Shown: positions 58,632 through 64,000 of the stretch, piece after piece | Layout: the number at the start of each line of letters is the position of its first letter | Numbering within the stretch: position 1 is the first letter of the stretch | DNA from: a virus | Lineage: Duplodnaviria; Caudoviricetes | Virus record (IMG/VR): IMGVR_UViG_3300042350_003419 | Span: 1-64,000 of that record | Direction: 5' to 3' (one strand) | Length of the DNA: 64,000 nt | Made by a program: the position numbers and the translations under genes | The notes under the pieces: generated by a model | Database searches by the model: none | What the model was told of the DNA's origin: nothing | What the model saw: only the letters and a program-made list of their open reading frames with translations

Positions 58632-58826
58632 ATGACTGTAACAACTAATGAATATGGGCAACAAAATATGTTTGCCAAAGAACCCGTAATGTATTATGAG
58701 AATTACGGAATGCTGACTCCAAATCAAGTTAAGGAGCGTACTAATGGACGCTGGGCAATGGTCGGTTTTGTTGCTGGTGTTATTTCTTATTCTATCACTG
58801 GCAACTTCTTCTTCGGGATCTTCTGA
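58632..58826 (+). CDS. hli: high-light-inducible protein
   Basis: ERTNGRWAMVGF. Confidence 0.85.
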   Translation: MTVTTNEYGQQNMFAKEPVMYYENYGMLTPNQVKERTNGRWAMVGFVAGVISYSITGNFFFGIF

Positions 58827-58912
58827 TGACTGAAATCATCTTCACAATTACAGGAGTTGCATTTTTGGTTCTCCTGAGTTATGCTGTAGAAAAACTTTCT
58901 GAAACTTACTGA
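58826..58912 (+). CDS. 28-aa single-TM peptide (MTEIIFTITGVAFLVLLSYAVEKLSETY)
   Basis: read manually; coupled between two hli genes. Confidence 0.55.
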   Translation: MTEIIFTITGVAFLVLLSYAVEKLSETY

Positions 58913-58922
58913 GGTAAAACAA

Positions 58923-59042
58923 ATGGACAAAATTTTCACTGAAACTGCTGAGCGTTGGAACGGAAGACTTGCGATGCTTGGATTCGTAATTGCAGTTGGT
59001 ACTTACTTCACCACTGGGCAAGTAATTCCTGGTCTGTTCTGA
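58923..59042 (+). CDS. hli: high-light-inducible protein (39 aa)
   Basis: AERWNGRLAMLGF...TGQVIPGLF; missed by the ORF track. Confidence 0.9.
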   Translation: MDKIFTETAERWNGRLAMLGFVIAVGTYFTTGQVIPGLF

Positions 59043-59581
59043 TGGAGGTTACTATGCGTAAAGAAGGATATGAAATTCCTCAAGTTGAATTTGTATTTCG
59101 TGAATCTGGGGAGTTTGTAACTCGTACAAGTAATGAACTTTTTAAAGATAAAAGAGTTGTACTCTTCTCACTTCCTGGAGCGTTCACTCCTACTTGCTCC
59201 GCTTATCAACTTCCTGGATTTGAAGAGAAGTATGATGAGTTCACTGCTCTTGGTATTGATGCTATTTACTGTATTTCTGTTAATGATGGTTTCGTGATGA
59301 ATGCCTGGGCACAAGACCAAAACATTCAAAACGTACAACTCATTCCCGATGGAAATGCTTACTTCACTCGCTCTATGGGTCAACTCGTTTCCAAGACCAA
59401 TCTTGGTTTTGGTGAGCGTTCTTGGCGATATGCTGCTGTGGTGAAGGATGGTATCATTGAGAAACTCTTTGAGGAAGCAGGAAAGCAAGATAATGCTCCT
59501 ACTGATCCTTATGAAGTGACAACTCCAGAAAATGTTCTTGAGTATGTAAAAACAGAATTGCGTGAAGCAGTACTCGCATAA
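59042..59581 (+). CDS. peroxiredoxin (Prx5/PrxII type)
   Basis: LPGAFTPTCS; SVND.FVMNAW; RSWRY. Confidence 0.9.
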   Translation: MEVTMRKEGYEIPQVEFVFRESGEFVTRTSNELFKDKRVVLFSLPGAFTPTCSAYQLPGFEEKYDEFTALGIDAIYCISVNDGFVMNAWAQDQNIQNVQLIPDGNAYFTRSMGQLVSKTNLGFGERSWRYAAVVKDGIIEKLFEEAGKQDNAPTDPYEVTTPENVLEYVKTELREAVLA

Positions 59582-59639
59582 TATTAGAAAATATTTTTTA
59601 AACTCTACCTCTAAATAAGGGGTAGAGTTTTTTTTTATT

Positions 59640-59804
59640 ATGCCAAGAGGACAACTGACTAAAGATATTATTAAATGTGAAGTTCTTAAGTTAAAAAAAG
59701 ATTTGGATAATGAATGGATGAATAAGACTGGATATGACCCAAAGTGGTTAGCGCATCAATATCTGAATAAGGTTCTGGACAAAATTGAGGAATATTCCAG
59801 ATAA
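59640..59804 (+). CDS. small conserved cyanophage protein
   Basis: MPRGQLTKD...LAHQYLNKVLDKI; read manually. Confidence 0.55.
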   Translation: MPRGQLTKDIIKCEVLKLKKDLDNEWMNKTGYDPKWLAHQYLNKVLDKIEEYSR

Positions 59805-59817
59805 GCATTCATACCTA

Positions 59818-59851
59818 TTGACAGGGATCCCTGACAGTGCTATGATAAATA
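59818..59851 (+). promoter_or_regulatory. psbA promoter: sigma70 plus overlapping late motif
   Basis: TTGACA-17-TATGAT overlapping ATAAATA. Confidence 0.7.
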
Positions 59852-59889
59852 CAACAACAAGTTAAGGAATGTAACAAAACCTTAACGTT

Positions 59890-60010
59890 GTCCTCTGCCT
59901 AACCGAGACCTATGGGGAGGTTAAACACAGTCTCTCATACCCACGATGGAGGGTGTCGTGGGGAATACTTGTACCGTTCAGTTCCCCCTGGACACATACT
60001 TACCCTTTAA
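59890..60010 (+). ncRNA. PhotoRC-II-like cis-regulatory RNA in the psbA leader
   Basis: ACCGAGACC...AGTCTCTCATAC and CCCACGATGGAGGGTGTCGTGGG hairpin upstream of phage psbA. Confidence 0.6.
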
Positions 60011-60016
60011 CGAAAA

Positions 60017-61308
60017 ATGACTGCTACAATCGCTACACGTCGCCCAACTACTTCGGCGTGGAACTCATTCTGTGAATGGATTACTTCAACGAACAACCGC
60101 CTTTATGTTGGTTGGTTCGGAACTCTGATGATTCCAACGTTGCTTGCTGCAACTATTTGTTTCATCGTCGCCTTCATTGCCGCACCCCCGGTGGACATTG
60201 ACGGTATTCGTGAACCTGTTGCTGGTTCACTCATGTACGGAAACAACATCATCTCTGGTGCTGTTGTTCCTTCAAGCAACGCCATTGGTCTTCACTTCTA
60301 TCCCATCTGGGAAGCAGCAAGTCTTGATGAATGGCTTTATAACGGTGGACCTTTCCAACTTGTTGTATTTCACTTCCTCATTGGCATCTACTGCTATATG
60401 GGACGTGAATGGGAACTCTCATACCGTCTAGGTATGCGTCCTTGGATTATGGTTGCTTACAGTGCTCCTGTTGCTGCTGCATCTGCTGTATTCCTGGTTT
60501 ATCCTTTCGGACAAGGTTCATTCTCTGATGCGATGCCTCTGGGCATCTCCGGAACATTCAACTACATGCTTGTGTTCCAGGCAGAGCACAACATCCTGAT
60601 GCACCCCTTCCATATGCTTGGAGTTGCTGGTGTGTTCGGTGGTTCTCTGTTCAGTGCTATGCACGGTTCTCTTGTGACTTCTTCACTGGTTCGTGAAACC
60701 ACAGAAACTGAGTCACAGAATTATGGTTATAAGTTTGGTCAAGAAGAAGAGACTTATAACATCGTGGCTTGACAGAGCGGGTCACGTTAAACTGGGTGAA
60801 CTGCTGGAAACCTAAGTCCTTTATGGATATGGCAATCAGCATCCAAGTCCTAGATACATCTAGGAAAGGTTCAGAGACTACCTGAGGGATACAGTTCCCT
60901 TAATAACAGGCAAGAGCGCCCAGCACCTTTAATAGGTGAAGATATAGTCCAACCCTTAAGGAAACTTTTGGACAATTGGCTCACGGTTACTTTGGACGAC
61001 TCATTTTCCAATATGCTTCGTTCAATAATTCTCGTTCACTTCACTTCTTCCTCGCCGCTTGGCCCGTTGTGGGCATCTGGTTTACTGCTCTAGGCGTAAG
61101 CACTATGGCATTCAACCTCAACGGACTAAATTTCAATCAGAGTATTCTGGATAGTCAAAACCGGGTAATTCCTACTTGGGCGGACATATTGAACAAATCT
61201 GGGTTGGGTATGGAAGTTATGCACGAGAGAAATGCACATAATTTTCCTTTAGATTTGGCTGCAGCAGAAACAACTTCGGTTGCTCTAACTGCTCCTTCTA
61301 TCGGTTGA
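60017..61308 (+). CDS. psbA: photosystem II D1 protein; exons 60017-60769 and 60979-61308
   Basis: NRLYVGWFG...EETYNIVA|AHGYFGRL...HNFPLDLA. Confidence 0.97.
60770..60978 (+). mobile_element. group I intron (209 nt, no ORF) in psbA
   Basis: P1 CGTGGCT/GGTCACG with U.G at the splice site; P10 GAGC/GCTC; P/Q AACTGCTGGAAA/AATCAGCA; R TCAGAGACTA; S AAGATATAGTCC; terminal G. Confidence 0.93.
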
Positions 61309-61335
61309 TATAATCACTAAATTGTGATATAATGA

Positions 61336-61367
61336 AGAGACCTGTAAAGGTCTCTTTTTTATAAATA
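61336..61367 (+). terminator. psbA terminator followed by late promoter
   Basis: AGAGACCT/AGGTCTCT stem, T-run, TATAAATA. Confidence 0.75.
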
Positions 61368-61391
61368 ATAATATCCGTGAGCAGACCACAA

Positions 61392-62006
61392 ATGAATATA
61401 AAATATACTGATAAGGATAGGGAGATTTGGAAACAAATGTATTTGTCTGGTTTATCCTCCCACGAAATTGGAAGACAACTAAACATACCAAGAGTTTCCG
61501 TATATAAGTATCTTAAAACAATTGGTGTAACAAGAAACTTTTCTGAATGGCAGGTTGGTAAAGAACCTTGGAATAAAGGAAAGAAAACAGGTCAAAAAGT
61601 TTGGAATAAAGGATTAACCAAAGAAACTGATGAAAGAGTCAAAAAATATGGAGAAAAAATAAAGGGCAATAATTGCCAAAATCCTTGGAAAGAAAGATAT
61701 TTTGATACTGATTATTTGTATTTGGTTATTGTTTATCTTGAAGGTAAACTGGTTTATAAGGTTGGAAGAAGTTTCAACAAATTAGCAAATCACACAAAAA
61801 ATAAATTACATAGTGTAATTAAAATATGGAAAGGAATTCATTATCAAGTTCATCATCTTGAAAAGTTCATTCATCAAAAATACCAAGATTATAAAATTGA
61901 TTTTGAATCCAAGGACGCTGGACATACTGAGTGTTATATGGTAGAATTGCCCATAACTGAAATCATCAACCTTACAGAAAAAACATTAAAACATTATGAT
62001 TACTAA
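61392..62006 (+). CDS. putative free-standing endonuclease (N-terminal HTH, WNKG repeats, GIY-YIG/T5orf172-like C-terminus)
   Basis: PWNKGKK/VWNKGLT; YLYLV...YKVGRS...LEKFIH...GHTECY; start could be GTG 61377. Confidence 0.65.
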   Translation: MNIKYTDKDREIWKQMYLSGLSSHEIGRQLNIPRVSVYKYLKTIGVTRNFSEWQVGKEPWNKGKKTGQKVWNKGLTKETDERVKKYGEKIKGNNCQNPWKERYFDTDYLYLVIVYLEGKLVYKVGRSFNKLANHTKNKLHSVIKIWKGIHYQVHHLEKFIHQKYQDYKIDFESKDAGHTECYMVELPITEIINLTEKTLKHYDY

Positions 62007-62155
62007 AGAAGGATTTATTGAGGCAACCAATCTAGCACCTGAAAATGCAGAAAAAATTTATCAAGAACTTAATGATAGGTTTAATGGGGATTGGGATAAG
62101 GCATCTGACTACCTTAAAGATTTGGTTGCATATTTACAAAAGCACCAATAAGACT

Positions 62156-62305
62156 ATGAAATTACCTATAAGTAAAAAACTAGAAGAGATACTCAGAGAC
62201 CCTGTTGCAAGTAAACAATTACGAAAAGCATTGACAGGAGAAGGTGATGGTAAAATTACAGTAAATGGAAAGACTTATAAATTAAATAAAGATGCTTTTT
62301 ATTGA
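62156..62305 (+). CDS. hypothetical protein
   Basis: MKLPISKKLEEILRDP. Confidence 0.45.
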   Translation: MKLPISKKLEEILRDPVASKQLRKALTGEGDGKITVNGKTYKLNKDAFY

Positions 62306-62351
62306 CATAAGACTCCCAACTCTGCTAAGATAATCATAAACCCCAAAACAT

Positions 62352-62612
62352 ATGAAACAACTAACAACAGAACAAATCAAAACACTGGAAGATGCTTTTG
62401 TAAGTTATCCAGAGGACTTTCCAACAACTTCTAATTATGCATCAATGGAAGGAATTCAAACACAACTGAATCAACTTAAAGATGATATAGGACGTATTTA
62501 CTATATTAGTAAAGTTAGTAAAAATCAAAAAGTCAATGCATATAATTTTACAATGAATGCAATGGAAGTCGGAATTCAGGAACGAGATACTAATGATAAA
62601 CCCAATAATTAA
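62352..62612 (+). CDS. hypothetical protein
   Basis: ORF after a TTGACA promoter. Confidence 0.5.
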   Translation: MKQLTTEQIKTLEDAFVSYPEDFPTTSNYASMEGIQTQLNQLKDDIGRIYYISKVSKNQKVNAYNFTMNAMEVGIQERDTNDKPNN

Positions 62613-62625
62613 AAGCACCAATAAT

Positions 62626-62745
62626 ATGAGTCACAATCCTCAACACGAACCTATGGAACCTTGGATAATCTGGGCAGGCGTAGGTATTATGATGTTCACA
62701 GTTATCATATTTGTCATATTTACTCTTTCAGTAATGTATTTTTAA
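62626..62745 (+). CDS. small TM protein
   Basis: MSHNPQHEPMEPWIIWAGVG. Confidence 0.45.
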   Translation: MSHNPQHEPMEPWIIWAGVGIMMFTVIIFVIFTLSVMYF

Positions 62746-62869
62746 GAATATGTTTTTCATTCTCACAGTCTTCATACTCTTCGGAATCTTTATGTTTATA
62801 ATGTCAGTAACACAAGACCTCTAAGAATCCTACATATAAAAGAACACAGTATAATGGGTGGAGATTAAA

Positions 62870-63580
62870 ATGAGTTCAAATTTTGATACAGTCTTCGTCA
62901 GTGATGTTCATCTTGGGACTCCAAGATGTAATACTGAAAAGTTCTTAAAGTTTTTAAAAGAACTCAAAACTAAAAAGTTAGTAATGGTAGGTGATATTAT
63001 AGACATCTACTGTATGGAAAAATATAATACTCGTTGGACAAAAGAACATACCGAGTGTGTTCATCAAATCTTAAATCTTGCTAAAAGGGGAACAGAGGTC
63101 ATTTATATTCTTGGAAATCACGAAGGGCAAATTCGTCGCTACTGTGATTTTGAACATAAGAACTTCCGAATGGTAGATGAATATACGCATAAAGATTCAA
63201 AAGGTAATAAGTTTCTTTGTGTTCACGGAGATAAGTATTCCGAGTATTCATCCGGTTCCTGGAAACAATTAATGTTTAATAAAGGATATGAATTGATTAC
63301 ACCGATCAGTTTGTTCCTGGAAAGATTCTTCAGATTCTCTTTGGTTTATGCACTGAAGAATAGTGTTCGGGGTAAGAACTATATCAATCAATATGAGACT
63401 GATATTGCATCATATTGTGTTCAGAGAGATAAGAAATATGACGGAGTAATTTGTGGTCACATACATTCCGGAAATATTCGTAAGTTTAATAAAATTACTT
63501 ATATGTGTTGCGGAGATTGGTGCGATACATGTTCTGCAATTGTAGAAAGAAACGGCGTATATTGCTTGGAAAAGTATTGA
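62870..63580 (+). CDS. metallophosphoesterase (LpxH-like UDP-2,3-diacylglucosamine hydrolase family)
   Basis: SDVHLG, GDIID, GNHE, HGD, GHIH, GDW. Confidence 0.85.
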   Translation: MSSNFDTVFVSDVHLGTPRCNTEKFLKFLKELKTKKLVMVGDIIDIYCMEKYNTRWTKEHTECVHQILNLAKRGTEVIYILGNHEGQIRRYCDFEHKNFRMVDEYTHKDSKGNKFLCVHGDKYSEYSSGSWKQLMFNKGYELITPISLFLERFFRFSLVYALKNSVRGKNYINQYETDIASYCVQRDKKYDGVICGHIHSGNIRKFNKITYMCCGDWCDTCSAIVERNGVYCLEKY

Positions 63581-63658
63581 ATAATATCTTCAAATCCCAA
63601 CAATTCATAGACACCTAAAAAGAACTTCTTATAATTACTAAGGAGTTCTTTTTCTTTT

Positions 63659-64000
63659 ATGAAGATCTTTTTAGATACGGCAGATGTTTCAATGATTAGT
63701 TCAGCATATGATACTGGACTACTAGATGGAGTTACTACAAATCCCACTTTGATTCTTAAAAGTGGTAGACAACTTCAAGAAGTTATTAGTGAAATTTCAA
63801 AAATATTTCCAGAGTTAGAAAGCATTTCGGCAGAAGTCGTTGCAGATACTGCCGAAGAAATGCTTACAGAAGCAAAACATTATTATACAATCGCACCAGC
63901 AGTTACAATCAAAGTTCCTTGTACAGTAGAAGGATTGAAGGCTTGTAAGTTCCTGTCTGGGCAGGGAATTCAAACGAATGTAACTCTTGTATTCTCGGTG
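63659..64000 (+). CDS. talC: transaldolase TalC (runs off the window end)
   Basis: MKIFLDTAD...GVTTNPTLI...TIKVP...TNVTLVFS. Confidence 0.93.
   Translation, partial: MKIFLDTADVSMISSAYDTGLLDGVTTNPTLILKSGRQLQEVISEISKIFPELESISAEVVADTAEEMLTEAKHYYTIAPAVTIKVPCTVEGLKACKFLSGQGIQTNVTLVFSV

Noticed and set aside
58955-59041. N-terminal extension of peroxiredoxin given by the ORF track
   Set aside because: The region encodes an hli gene in another frame. The real start is ATG 59042 or 59054.
1-64000. CRISPR array, rRNA, integrase or IS element
   Set aside because: No regularly spaced repeats, rRNA-like sequence, or transposase or integrase motifs were seen by eye.

Overview
This is a 64-kb segment of a T4-like cyanomyovirus genome, probably freshwater and S-CRM01-like. 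Almost all genes are on the + strand. It contains the replication module (gp45, gp44, dam, gp62, regA, hsp20, gp43, uvsX, gp41, mazG, gp61, nrdA, nrdB), late and virion-type genes, a lysis locus, 19 tRNA genes interleaved with unexplained structured RNAs, a ~16-kb sugar-nucleotide and glycosyltransferase island, and photosynthesis/AMG genes (hli x2, peroxiredoxin, intron-containing psbA, talC). Highlights: (1) An endolysin locus in which a C39-like peptidase ORF is joined to a start-less GH24 lysozyme ORF by a complete dnaX-type -1 frameshift signal (internal SD, A_AAA_AAG, 11-bp hairpin). (2) Two neighbouring fractured genes, uvsX and gp41, each split inside an intein by a free-standing HNH endonuclease gene; gp41 has an IntN of only 16 aa. 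(3) A recurring design upstream of homing endonuclease genes in which a late promoter sits inside an RBS-occluding hairpin, with one case that looks like a separately transcribed antisense sRNA. (4) A duplicated, covarying RNA motif and other unassigned RNAs in the tRNA array. (5) A 209-nt group I intron in psbA, plus an apparently recoded psbA 3' end next to a free-standing endonuclease. All family assignments come from motif recognition by eye; no searches were run.
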